Sequence record: MW749001.1
From: Escherichia phage vB_EcoM_Kelasse
DNA: 64,000 nt
Direction: 5' to 3' (one strand)
Shown here: piece by piece, positions 50,110 through 59,644 of the stretch
Position numbering within the stretch: position 1 is the first letter of the stretch
Layout: each line of letters begins with the position of its first letter
Translations under genes and position numbers: made by a program
Notes under the pieces: model-generated
Seen by the model: only the letters and a program-made list of their open reading frames with translations
Told to the model about the DNA's origin: nothing
The model's database searches: none

Positions 50110-50213
50110 TACATACTCCTCTGAATCATATCAATAATGTTGTTTACCAAATTATAAGTAAACATTGGGTAATTATATTGAATCATCACATACACAACAA
50201 ACAAAACTTTCAT
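50109..50213 (-). CDS. small hydrophobic peptide (34 aa)
   Basis: Hand-translated MKVLFVVYVMIQYNYPMF...; strong AAGGAG Shine-Dalgarno 7 nt upstream. Confidence 0.4.
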   Translation of the reverse strand: MKVLFVVYVMIQYNYPMFTYNLVNNIIDMIQRSM

Positions 50214-50241
50214 TCTCTTCTCCTTGGCAGTTGACAAGATT

Positions 50242-50271
50242 ACTATACCATAACCTTGCCAACTTGTAAAC
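50242..50271 (-). promoter_or_regulatory. T4 early-type promoter
   Basis: Minus strand GTTTAC, 18 nt, TGGTATAGT. Confidence 0.45.
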
Positions 50272-50273
50272 CA

Positions 50274-50447
50274 TTAAATGACGTTTTCAATAAAATTCTG
50301 AAGCTTTGTGTGAGCATCAACCATGATTTTCATTTCTTCTTTTGCGAAAGCTGTACCTCTTTCCCGAGCAGAATACTCATAGTCAGAAACTGCATTAGCA
50401 TATTCTTCAATTAGCTTCATTAAAAACATCTGCTTTTCAGTTTTCAT
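50274..50447 (-). CDS. small hypothetical protein (57 aa)
   Basis: Hand-translated MKTEKQMFLMKLIEEYANAVSDYEY... Confidence 0.4.
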   Translation of the reverse strand: MKTEKQMFLMKLIEEYANAVSDYEYSARERGTAFAKEEMKIMVDAHTKLQNFIENVI

Positions 50448-50631
50448 TATTCCACCTAATCATTTCAAGATATTGAACTAACTTAGCTTTGGATTTATCC
50501 AAATCTCTTTTAGCTGCTTCTATACCGTCGTATGAATATCCTTCACAATGCTCAACTGCTAATTGATATGAATCTATTTCAATATCACGTGCTAATTTAA
50601 TGATTTTTTCAAACTGTTCGCGTGTTAGCAT
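50437..50631 (-). CDS. hypothetical protein (64 aa)
   Basis: ORF track. Confidence 0.45.
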   Translation of the reverse strand: MLTREQFEKIIKLARDIEIDSYQLAVEHCEGYSYDGIEAAKRDLDKSKAKLVQYLEMIRWNNEN

Positions 50632-50633
50632 AC

Positions 50634-50873
50634 TTAAACTCTCGTATTATGATCGATAATTTCATCAAGAAACATATCTAACGCTTCTAAAGCATTATCC
50701 ACTTTAGTTTCAAAGTCTTTAATGCCTTTATTCGAAATACCCGATGAATACCAAGCAAAGTTAATGCGTTCCTCATCTGCTTTACGAATTAAAGCTACCA
50801 ATTCCTTAATTTTATCAGCTTGTTCGATACTAATCATTATTCCACCACATATGAAAGAGAGAATATTGCACAC
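50634..50873 (-). CDS. hypothetical protein (79 aa)
   Basis: ORF track. Confidence 0.45.
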   Translation of the reverse strand: MCNILSFICGGIMISIEQADKIKELVALIRKADEERINFAWYSSGISNKGIKDFETKVDNALEALDMFLDEIIDHNTRV

Positions 50874-51025
50874 GCCATGTGAGTTGCAACTTCATCACAC
50901 ATATTATAACGTTTCTTAAGAAATTCTACAAGTTCTTCACTAGTAACTTCATCCATGTCGACGAAAAAATCACCATTAATGATGACGTAGATATTTCCTT
51001 CTTGATTGAGTGCTTCAATTTTCAT
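50837..51025 (-). CDS. hypothetical protein (62 aa)
   Basis: ORF track. Confidence 0.45.
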   Translation of the reverse strand: MKIEALNQEGNIYVIINGDFFVDMDEVTSEELVEFLKKRYNMCDEVATHMACAIFSLSYVVE

Positions 51026-51093
51026 GATGTTCTCCTCTTTATCCGATAGTTATATAGTACCACAGCTCAAACGGAAAGTAAACCGGTAAAATG

Positions 51094-51115
51094 AAAAAAG
51101 TCTCCCGAAGGAGAC
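51094..51115 (-). terminator. rho-independent terminator
   Basis: GUCUCC-UUCG-GGAGAC followed by U6. Confidence 0.6.
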
Positions 51116-51120
51116 TAATG

Positions 51121-51507
51121 TTATTCGAGGGAAAGAAGATACTTACTCTGGTAAAACATCCCAGTAATATCATCTATCGTGCTTTGAATGGCTGGAGGCA
51201 TTTCTTTATAAATGCTGTTAGATTGGTCTAGTATGCGATCAATCATTTTAATTGTGTCGGTAGGAAGTTTACTAGCATCTGGAATTGAAGGTGTGTATTT
51301 TCTACCAGAATACCCCAAATATTGCTCACCAAATTTATCAATCAAATCTGGCAACTCGGAGAAAATAAAATCGTATGCTTTGTGTCTAGCATAACTTTTA
51401 GTTTCAAAATGTGCAGAATGAAAATAAGCTTGTGCAGCCATTAATAAACCTAAGTATTCATCTGCCTTTGAAGGTTTTCCACTTTGTGAAAAGTCGCTGA
51501 ATTTCAT
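51121..51507 (-). CDS. hypothetical protein (128 aa, rI.-1 position)
   Basis: ORF track; hairpin downstream. Confidence 0.55.
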   Translation of the reverse strand: MKFSDFSQSGKPSKADEYLGLLMAAQAYFHSAHFETKSYARHKAYDFIFSELPDLIDKFGEQYLGYSGRKYTPSIPDASKLPTDTIKMIDRILDQSNSIYKEMPPAIQSTIDDITGMFYQSKYLLSLE

Positions 51508-51797
51508 TCAGTCTCCAATTTAATGTTCATAATTCTAGCGTATGATTGTGCCATCTCCGCGCCTCGTTCTATACATTCAAAATCAGAAGAGCACGGGTCA
51601 TTTTTATAGGTCGTTCTCATAAAACTATAGAATTGTTCAGACGATTCTACGCTTTTATTTTCAAAAAGCATATAAACGTGCCTAATACCAGATTCCATAA
51701 ATTTATCAAAATGAGGATCGACATTCGCTTCAATCGATGGAGATAAAACAAATGACAATCCTAGCATGGCAAATAGTGCCGTTGCTTTTAAGGCCAT
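51504..51797 (-). CDS. rI: lysis inhibition regulator RI
   Basis: 97 aa; signal-anchor N-terminus; recognised as T4 RI. Confidence 0.85.
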   Translation of the reverse strand: MALKATALFAMLGLSFVLSPSIEANVDPHFDKFMESGIRHVYMLFENKSVESSEQFYSFMRTTYKNDPCSSDFECIERGAEMAQSYARIMNIKLETE

Positions 51798-51809
51798 AAA
51801 GGCCTCCTA

Positions 51810-52022
51810 TCATTTTTGTCCTGTATTTACTTTATGCCGATGTACGGCCTTAACTTTATCAAGGTATTTTTCAAAATTTCGCAATCTAGTATAGTCTGCC
51901 GGAGATTGGTTGAGTGATACTTCTCGACGCAAAGCTGAAATAACATTTCCAACTTCCCTACGAATTTCATCTAATTGAAGAACAGTAAGATTGCGAAGTT
52001 GCTTTTCAGTTAATTGTAGCAT
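51810..52022 (-). CDS. hypothetical protein (70 aa, rI.1 position)
   Basis: ORF track. Confidence 0.5.
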   Translation of the reverse strand: MLQLTEKQLRNLTVLQLDEIRREVGNVISALRREVSLNQSPADYTRLRNFEKYLDKVKAVHRHKVNTGQK

Positions 52023-52064
52023 ATATACCCCTTTAGTTAGATAAACCTATTTATAACTTTTGCA

Positions 52065-52646
52065 CTAACCGAGCTTTTTAGTTAATTCATTCCAATGTTT
52101 TCTACACAAAGAAACATAAATTTCATCACCAATACAGATTTGATTACCTTCTTTAACTGGTGTTCCATCTTCCATTAATCGAGCTGTCATAATCGCTTTT
52201 TTGCCACAATGACAAACTGCTTTTAGTTCAATAAGTTTATCAGCAATCGCTAAAAGTTCTTTAGAACCTTCAAATAATTTTCCGGCGAAATCAGTCCTTA
52301 ATCCATAAGCCATAACAGGAACATTATATGTATCAACAATTCGACTCAATTGATGCACTTGTTCAGTTTTTAAAAACTGAGCTTCATCTACAAATACACA
52401 ATGAATATCTTTTTGTGCTTCAGCCCATTTATAGAACTCGAAAATATCCATATCATCTGTAATAATATTCGCTTCCTGTTTAATTCCAATGCGAGAAACG
52501 ACTTCACAGACAGAATCGCGAGTATCAATAGCAGGCTTAAGAACTAATACACCCATTCCGCGTTCTTTATAATTATGCGCAGCAGTCAAAAGAGAAGCAG
52601 ATTTTCCAGCATTCATTGCTGCATAAGTAAAAATTAAACTCGCCAT
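52065..52646 (-). CDS. tk: thymidine kinase
   Basis: 193 aa; P-loop AAMNAGKS and C-terminal zinc site CHCG...C. Confidence 0.92.
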   Translation of the reverse strand: MASLIFTYAAMNAGKSASLLTAAHNYKERGMGVLVLKPAIDTRDSVCEVVSRIGIKQEANIITDDMDIFEFYKWAEAQKDIHCVFVDEAQFLKTEQVHQLSRIVDTYNVPVMAYGLRTDFAGKLFEGSKELLAIADKLIELKAVCHCGKKAIMTARLMEDGTPVKEGNQICIGDEIYVSLCRKHWNELTKKLG

Positions 52647-52655
52647 ATCACCTTC

Positions 52656-52841
52656 TTAAAGCGTATTCACATAAGCTATTAATTCATTTTCTTTCTTATC
52701 AAACCGATCAGCAAATTCTTCCTGCTGTTCAGGAGATAGCGGGCCGTATTCATCATAAAAGGTGTTTGCTTCTGTATGCTCATCTAGAAGTTCATGGATA
52801 AGCTCAAACAATTTATCTTTTTGTTCTTTGCTTAGGCTCAC
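52656..52841 (-). CDS. hypothetical acidic protein (61 aa, GTG start)
   Basis: ORF track. Confidence 0.45.
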   Translation of the reverse strand: MSLSKEQKDKLFELIHELLDEHTEANTFYDEYGPLSPEQQEEFADRFDKKENELIAYVNTL

Positions 52842-53014
52842 AGTATGTCAATCCCCAAAAGTTTTAAAATGACTCGTTTCTGATTCATAACCGCTACGAT
52901 TGAATGACCGTTGGGGTCTTTTTGACCTGATCCAATTATAAATCCTTTTTGCGTAGAAAGTTTAATCAAAACATCAAGTTCACGTAATAATTGATATTTT
53001 AAATCATCATTCAT
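52838..53014 (-). CDS. small hypothetical protein (58 aa)
   Basis: Hand-translated MNDDLKYQLLRELDVLIKLSTQKGF...; ATGA/GTGA overlaps at both ends. Confidence 0.4.
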   Translation of the reverse strand: MNDDLKYQLLRELDVLIKLSTQKGFIIGSGQKDPNGHSIVAVMNQKRVILKLLGIDIL

Positions 53015-53238
53015 TTTGGTTTACCTTCTTTAACGAAATCAGGATAAGGATAAAATCCTGAATAAAATCCTTCACCTTTATGATTGATGCATCCTTTATT
53101 AGAACAATAGCACCAATAATCGAAATCACAAGCCATTTCATCGTTGCATAAAGCAAAAACAACCGGCCACTTACACTTTTCACAGTGGGCATTTTTAAGA
53201 ATACTAGTTTGGCTCATAACCATGTAACCTTTAAGCAA
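53011..53238 (-). CDS. cysteine-rich small protein (75 aa)
   Basis: Nine Cys including CEKC and CxC pairs; probable zinc binding. Confidence 0.5.
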   Translation of the reverse strand: MLKGYMVMSQTSILKNAHCEKCKWPVVFALCNDEMACDFDYWCYCSNKGCINHKGEGFYSGFYPYPDFVKEGKPK

Positions 53239-53426
53239 TATTCTTCTACATGTTGTTTACGACCTTTCTTATCAATAAAGGTATATTCAACGAATGTCCC
53301 AATGTAGTCTTTATCTACATCATGTGGACTATTAATTGGACATTTAGTACGGCAAATGCGTTCCCATTGACGAATAATTACTGCTTTGTTTTTAGGATCA
53401 AACGGATGTGGGTAATGCACTTTCAT
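53214..53426 (-). CDS. hypothetical protein (70 aa)
   Basis: ORF track. Confidence 0.45.
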   Translation of the reverse strand: MKVHYPHPFDPKNKAVIIRQWERICRTKCPINSPHDVDKDYIGTFVEYTFIDKKGRKQHVEEYCLKVTWL

Positions 53427-53877
53427 AATCCACCACTATTAAATCAATATCAGGAGTAAACATGTCGATTAATTTAGAAACCTTATCCCAATCGCCGCCA
53501 GCAATACCACAACCTATGCGTGGAATGTAAATTACCGGTTTAAACAAAAGGGTTTCTGCCTGTAGATTTAATTCTATCATGCAGTTTACTAAAGCACCAT
53601 AATCAAGATTAGGACCTGGTTCGTATTGCGTATACAGGTTATAGCATATACCAAATCCCGTAGGACTATGTTTAAAAACAATAGACATATCGCCTAATTT
53701 ATCGCGAGAACCGTACTCAGTAGTGGTTTTATCTATTTCTAAAATTTTGGGATAGGCTCTGGCTAATTGACCCGCTACACCTGAACCCATAGTATGAAAA
53801 CAATTGCACCCGTGCGCAATAATATTACCTTGAAGAAATAGGGCGACAATATCGCCCTTGATATATTTTACAATCAT
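53398..53877 (-). CDS. macro-domain protein, TARG1/OARD1-like (159 aa)
   Basis: Pattern KGDI...AHGCNCFHTMGSGVAGQL...PRIGCGIAGGDW parallels the TARG1-type macro domain. Confidence 0.6.
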   Translation of the reverse strand: MIVKYIKGDIVALFLQGNIIAHGCNCFHTMGSGVAGQLARAYPKILEIDKTTTEYGSRDKLGDMSIVFKHSPTGFGICYNLYTQYEPGPNLDYGALVNCMIELNLQAETLLFKPVIYIPRIGCGIAGGDWDKVSKLIDMFTPDIDLIVVDYESALPTSV

Positions 53878-54215
53878 CTAGTACTCAATCCTCGATTATA
53901 AGAATCTACCAAACGGTCAACCATTGAATGACAAGCGGCTTTATCTTTTTCCTCCGCAACTGAACATTCTAAGGTATTCCACTTTTTAGCATATCGTTTT
54001 AACAATGTATCATTTTTGTATCTGCTTGATTTATCTCTTTCTCCGTCTTTATATGCATATATTAATTTCTGTGCAAATTCAGCTTGGCATGCTTTATTTT
54101 TCCCGCAATAATCCGCTGCAGTACGGTTTACATACTCTCTAATTTCAGTATATGATGTATCTGCTAACGCAGAAAATGAAATTAATCCTATACATAAAAC
54201 CAAAATTTTAGTCAT
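53874..54215 (-). CDS. secreted protein (113 aa, vs position)
   Basis: Signal peptide MTKILVLCIGLISFSALA. Confidence 0.5.
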   Translation of the reverse strand: MTKILVLCIGLISFSALADTSYTEIREYVNRTAADYCGKNKACQAEFAQKLIYAYKDGERDKSSRYKNDTLLKRYAKKWNTLECSVAEEKDKAACHSMVDRLVDSYNRGLSTR

Positions 54216-54753
54216 TTACTATTTCCAAAAGTTTATTATTTTTAAGGTAATTAGCCTTTTCTAGGACTTCAGAAGCATATTTAGAACCTGCTTTAACATT
54301 CCATCCCGAATTATAAGAGGATATTGCTTTTCTTATATCGCCCTTATGTATATTTAACCAATAAGAAAGTTCAATGTACGCCCAGGAAGCTGAATTGGAC
54401 CGTTTATTCAACATTCTTTTTATTTCAGCATCGGTCATATTATAACCAAGTTCCTTAACTCTTGCTCGCATAGTAGGCAAATAATTTTGGAACATTCCGT
54501 AGGCGTGATGCTTTGGTTTAGATTTTAAATTAACTCCGCCAGAGCTTTCTTGCCATAAAATAGCAGCCATTATATGACCTAATCCGCTCTTGTGGATATT
54601 TTTGTGTGTTTTATATTTTCCATCCTTAGAAAATTGTTCCCCGAATTGATACGCGTAACGCATGTTATCGAGTTGGACATTACTGAAAGTATGCTCGGAG
54701 CTATGCGCCATCATTGAAATGGCCAATAGACCAGCGAGTAGTGCTTTTCTCAT
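54208..54753 (-). CDS. periplasmic lytic transglycosylase-like protein (SLT domain)
   Basis: Signal peptide; WQESSGG and YGMFQ motifs typical of SLT domains. Confidence 0.6.
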   Translation of the reverse strand: MRKALLAGLLAISMMAHSSEHTFSNVQLDNMRYAYQFGEQFSKDGKYKTHKNIHKSGLGHIMAAILWQESSGGVNLKSKPKHHAYGMFQNYLPTMRARVKELGYNMTDAEIKRMLNKRSNSASWAYIELSYWLNIHKGDIRKAISSYNSGWNVKAGSKYASEVLEKANYLKNNKLLEIVND

Positions 54754-54760
54754 GCTTACC

Positions 54761-55222
54761 TCATTGAGTTTTAATTACTGCTTTAGAAGCCTTTCCTGGT
54801 AAACGACGACTGTTAATAATTGCCATCCTACATTGAAGTGACGGGTCTTTGAACTTCGCATTAGGTTTACAAACTGTAAATCCAAGCCAAAGATTTCCAT
54901 CTGTGATTTCTAAACGTCCAGGACGGTATTCAACCCCATCAATAAAATCCTCGTCAATGTCAGGACGCGGAGGCATACTCAGGAATTCATTAACTTCTAA
55001 AACATGGTCTTTTATTTTGTGGAATAATTCAAAAACATATGTCTCATCAATCTCCCGTTGAATTGCACGATCAAGAAGATGCTGAGAATATTTTAGATGA
55101 AACGATGAGACCCCTGCTGCTTTTGATGCCTCACGAATCTCATTGTTAATTTGACGAAACTCCGACTCAAAGTGACGACGAAGCTTATTTCGACGGATAA
55201 AAACTTCTGTGTTGATAGTCAT
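54761..55222 (-). CDS. regB: endoribonuclease RegB
   Basis: 153 aa; recognised as T4 RegB. Confidence 0.88.
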   Translation of the reverse strand: MTINTEVFIRRNKLRRHFESEFRQINNEIREASKAAGVSSFHLKYSQHLLDRAIQREIDETYVFELFHKIKDHVLEVNEFLSMPPRPDIDEDFIDGVEYRPGRLEITDGNLWLGFTVCKPNAKFKDPSLQCRMAIINSRRLPGKASKAVIKTQ

Positions 55223-55281
55223 GTTATTCTCCTCTTAACTGATAGAAAAATTATACCACAGTCAAGAGGAAAAGTAAACAG

Positions 55282-55602
55282 TTATTCTTTAAATCTAATC
55301 AATTTATTCATAGACTTTGAAACTTCTGCACGAACCTCATGTAGGTTTTTAAGCTGTTCAAGACGCTGCTCATAGTAAGCAATTTCATCTTCTTCGAGAC
55401 AGTCCTGCGAATCTTCTTTAAGATAACGTGCATAGTCCTGGAAAGCTTTACGGACTACTTCCTGGAAGTCATCAAGACTTTGAATTTTCTTAGGAGCAAC
55501 AGATACACGACGAGGGGCAGTATAATACTCATAACCAAACCCTGCGCTTAATTGAGCCATTAATATTTTTCCTCTGGTTGGAACACAGCACGACAAGCCC
55601 AC
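55282..55602 (-). CDS. hypothetical protein (106 aa)
   Basis: ORF track. Confidence 0.5.
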   Translation of the reverse strand: MGLSCCVPTRGKILMAQLSAGFGYEYYTAPRRVSVAPKKIQSLDDFQEVVRKAFQDYARYLKEDSQDCLEEDEIAYYEQRLEQLKNLHEVRAEVSKSMNKLIRFKE

Positions 55603-55862
55603 ATACTGGCTTCTTTGAGTTTCGTTTTAGCAATAGTTAACTGATCGAGGCTTTCAGCATAATTCTTCGCGAATTCACAGTCTTCACAATTATCTAGTGC
55701 TTCCCAGAATTCATCGTATAAAGCGTCAAAGATAAGTCCTAAACGAACTTCAGCGTCTTTAATAGCATTCACTTTACCTATTTTCTCTTCAGTATGTGGT
55801 TTATAACCCTTAATATCTTCAATCATATTTGACTTCCTCACCAGTACATAAATCATATTCAA
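55560..55862 (-). CDS. hypothetical protein (100 aa); candidate positional counterpart of T4 vs.4
   Basis: ORF track; position in the block after regB; no sequence confirmation. Confidence 0.4.
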   Translation of the reverse strand: MNMIYVLVRKSNMIEDIKGYKPHTEEKIGKVNAIKDAEVRLGLIFDALYDEFWEALDNCEDCEFAKNYAESLDQLTIAKTKLKEASMWACRAVFQPEEKY

Positions 55863-56040
55863 CTAAACGAATAGGTTCATGAATGCCATATCCCTGAACA
55901 GAAATTTCTGTCGTAGGATAAATTCCACTAATATCACCCATGTTCCACGCTTCATTAAATTGCTGTTCGCCTGAATTACTAAACCATTTGGCGAAAGCAT
56001 TTAGCACATCTTTAGAACCTTCAATAATTATCTTTGCCAT
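55819..56040 (-). CDS. hypothetical protein (73 aa)
   Basis: ORF track. Confidence 0.5.
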   Translation of the reverse strand: MAKIIIEGSKDVLNAFAKWFSNSGEQQFNEAWNMGDISGIYPTTEISVQGYGIHEPIRLVEYDLCTGEEVKYD

Positions 56041-56402
56041 TACAAACTCTCAGTAAAGGTACGAGCGATAACGTCGCGCTGCTGTTCCGGAGTCAGAGAG
56101 TTAAAGCGAACTGCATAACCGGATACACGGATGGTCAGCTGCGGATATTTTTCCGGATGCTTAACTGCATCTTCCAGAGTTTCACGACGCAGAACGTTAA
56201 CGTTCAGGTGCTGACCACCTTCAATTTTAACTGTAGGCTGTGGTTCAATTTCAATTTCACGGGCATGCAAACCGTAGAAAATTTCTGGGTCTACAAAAGA
56301 GTCCTCTTTAAAGGTTTTAGAGACAATAATTCGTGCTTGAATACCATCTTCAAAATAAATAGTACCTTTATGTGTGCCTTCAAGAATTTGATATGCTTTC
56401 AT
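56040..56402 (-). CDS. autonomous glycyl radical cofactor GrcA/YfiD-like protein
   Basis: C-terminal [29 protein letters not shown] glycyl-radical domain; that half is visibly GC-richer than its surroundings. Confidence 0.85.
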   Translation of the reverse strand: MKAYQILEGTHKGTIYFEDGIQARIIVSKTFKEDSFVDPEIFYGLHAREIEIEPQPTVKIEGGQHLNVNVLRRETLEDAVKHPEKYPQLTIRVSGYAVRFNSLTPEQQRDVIARTFTESL

Positions 56403-56408
56403 ATAACC

Positions 56409-56789
56409 TCAATTAGAAAATAAATTTATCCAAGATTGTTCTTTAATTAAAAATGGCTCAGAATCATATGCCATTAAACTTTGGGTAATTAGTCCTTTAA
56501 AAGGCCCATCAATAAATTCCATGGTAAAATATGGAATTTTATTCATTAATCTTGCATTAGGAGCAGTACACAAAACTCTGCATCCTTTGAATACGCCTTT
56601 TTGTAATTTGTATTGCTTAGGATAAAATTCGCTCAAGACGTTGTTATTTGCCAAAATTTCAAAATGATTCACCAATTTATTTTTAATAGTTTTTGGCGAA
56701 AAATAAAGATATTCGAAAAGTTGCGTGTCTGTCATCATTGCATTCCGATTATGAAAAACTGTGGACGAGTAATACCACCAATGCAACAC
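56409..56789 (-). CDS. hypothetical protein (126 aa)
   Basis: ORF track. Confidence 0.5.
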   Translation of the reverse strand: MLHWWYYSSTVFHNRNAMMTDTQLFEYLYFSPKTIKNKLVNHFEILANNNVLSEFYPKQYKLQKGVFKGCRVLCTAPNARLMNKIPYFTMEFIDGPFKGLITQSLMAYDSEPFLIKEQSWINLFSN

Positions 56790-57322
56790 TTGCTATTACA
56801 ACAGTAATGTACAGTTTCAATATGAATATTGTAAATTTTATCCATATCAGGAGATTTAACAGGCTCATCAATTATATACAAAATCCGCGAAAGCGATAAA
56901 CCTCTGAACTTGCTTCCTTTATTACCGATAAAACTACGGACAGAATCGGTAAATAAGCGGAATCGAATATCATCGCTAGAATAACGAGAAAATTCTTTTT
57001 TAATGTGGCCCGCAGAAATTTTAGCGTAAGCTGAAGTATTAGAAAGAACAATAACTGTTCCACCATCATACAGCCAATTAGCAGCAAAGTTAGTCACAGC
57101 AGTTGATTTACCGGATTGTCTGCCACCATCTAATCGAAGTGTGCAATACTGCTTGAGTAAGTCTTCAAATGGTGGGATATAATCGTTTTTACAAATTTCT
57201 TCTACTCTAGCATCAGAATGGTGTGTAAAAGCATTCATCAGGGATAGATAAGGACCAGTTAAAAATGTTCTCATTTTATTCTCTCTAAATTTGGGCCATT
57301 CCATGGCGCATGAATTGTCCAT
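56735..57322 (-). CDS. P-loop NTPase (195 aa)
   Basis: Walker A GGRQSGKST, Walker B ILYIIDEP. Confidence 0.55.
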   Translation of the reverse strand: MDNSCAMEWPKFRENKMRTFLTGPYLSLMNAFTHHSDARVEEICKNDYIPPFEDLLKQYCTLRLDGGRQSGKSTAVTNFAANWLYDGGTVIVLSNTSAYAKISAGHIKKEFSRYSSDDIRFRLFTDSVRSFIGNKGSKFRGLSLSRILYIIDEPVKSPDMDKIYNIHIETVHYCCNSKCCIGGITRPQFFIIGMQ

Positions 57323-57427
57323 TTCTGTATTTACCCATTACCGCACTTGGGCTCGACCTTATTACAGGTTGGCGGGAATCCCTCATAGAATCATGAGGTC
57401 CAGCTTGTTCCCATATTTCTTATTTGC

Positions 57428-57901
57428 TTATTTGAATGATTTGACGTACTGAATAGAACCTTTACTATTCACGAAAGCGATTTTACCATTTTTATTATAC
57501 ATGGTAGCAGTACGCTGATAGCCATAAGTTTGTTTACCAGATTGATAACCAACTAATGCGAAATTATCTTCACCCATTTTATTCTGTTTAGCGCGAATAC
57601 GTTCATGACCGTGTGCCATAAGAACCTTAGCATCACCAGTTGAAATTGATCTACGAGTTTTTTCATCTTCAACTGTATTAACAAAGTCGTCAAATGAATC
57701 AAATTTAGCATGGGATTTATTATACAGTTTTCCATCTACTGCATAATTATATCCCTGTACATCCATCTCAACTTCTGTACCATCATCCAATACAGCAGTG
57801 ATTTTTTGACCTTTTTTAAATTTCAAAAGATCAGTAAAAGATTCAGCAATAATTTGAGAATTAATAGCTGCTTCAGTGATAAATTCTTGATATGTTTTCA
57901 T
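57428..57901 (-). CDS. internal-protein-like protein with capsid targeting sequence (157 aa)
   Basis: N-terminus MKTYQEFITEA matches the T4 internal-protein targeting motif. Confidence 0.6.
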   Translation of the reverse strand: MKTYQEFITEAAINSQIIAESFTDLLKFKKGQKITAVLDDGTEVEMDVQGYNYAVDGKLYNKSHAKFDSFDDFVNTVEDEKTRRSISTGDAKVLMAHGHERIRAKQNKMGEDNFALVGYQSGKQTYGYQRTATMYNKNGKIAFVNSKGSIQYVKSFK

Positions 57902-57910
57902 ATGTTTCCT

Positions 57911-58339
57911 TTAAATGTAAATATTTTTGCCGTAATACTTGTACCAGTGTGGCTTCATTAAAATTTTTTCATCGAGTCGTTGTTGACTCAATTTAATAGC
58001 TGATTTGCATGGATTATAATCATTTTTCCATTCTGCTGGAATATCGCTGATGTCAGGAACTTCAGTATCTTTTATACTAAACCCACGTTTTAAGCATTCC
58101 GTTATAATGTCTGATTGACGCTTTCGCAAAAATTCTAACTTATCGTAAAAGAACGTAACATGACCAGAGCCTAAAATAAACTCGGAAGATATTTTAAAAT
58201 CTTTAACCCGCTTACCATTTGCCACATGTTTACGAACTATACCAAAAACACGCGGCAATTCACGATACTCAGCCATAAGATGTTGGTCGGTCAGTTCAGA
58301 AACAAGTGTTAAATTGATACGAGTCATAATTTCCTCCAA
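57911..58339 (-). CDS. denV: endonuclease V (pyrimidine dimer DNA glycosylase) DenV
   Basis: Recognised as T4 DenV; true start probably internal MTRINLTLV. Confidence 0.88.
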   Translation of the reverse strand: MEEIMTRINLTLVSELTDQHLMAEYRELPRVFGIVRKHVANGKRVKDFKISSEFILGSGHVTFFYDKLEFLRKRQSDIITECLKRGFSIKDTEVPDISDIPAEWKNDYNPCKSAIKLSQQRLDEKILMKPHWYKYYGKNIYI

Positions 58340-58385
58340 GTAGTTGATGAATGTATAGTATCAAAGTCCTTGGAGGAAGTAAACA

Positions 58386-59188
<803 letters not shown>

Positions 59189-59644
59189 TTAAAAGAGGCT
59201 GTTCATTATTCGGTAAAGTGAAGGACCCATCACATATTGCCACTGAGTACGAGGAATAAGAGCAAAAGCATCCATCTCTGGAATCATAACACCATCTTTA
59301 TTTTCAAAATAAGACTCGCAATGGCAATTTCTAAACATCTCATGCTCTACTGGAATCGTATAATAAAACAGCTGTAAGTCTTTATTACTAGAATATTTAA
59401 ATACACCTAGGTCTTCTAGAAGGTCTGGATTATAATTGCTAAAACCGGTCTCTTCTAAGCATTCTCTTCGTGCTGCATCTAGTGCGCTCAAATCAGAATT
59501 TTCTACACGGCCTTTTGGAATATCCCAGCGATGTGCCATCATTCCAGGCTTACGAGAACCAGTAACCCGTCCCATGAATAAATCTTTATCTTCTGTCATA
59601 AAGATAATACCAGCTGATAATGTTTTCATTTTAATTTCCTGCAT
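59189..59644 (-). CDS. nudE: Nudix hydrolase NudE
   Basis: 151 aa; Nudix box region RRECLEETGF. Confidence 0.8.
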   Translation of the reverse strand: MQEIKMKTLSAGIIFMTEDKDLFMGRVTGSRKPGMMAHRWDIPKGRVENSDLSALDAARRECLEETGFSNYNPDLLEDLGVFKYSSNKDLQLFYYTIPVEHEMFRNCHCESYFENKDGVMIPEMDAFALIPRTQWQYVMGPSLYRIMNSLF

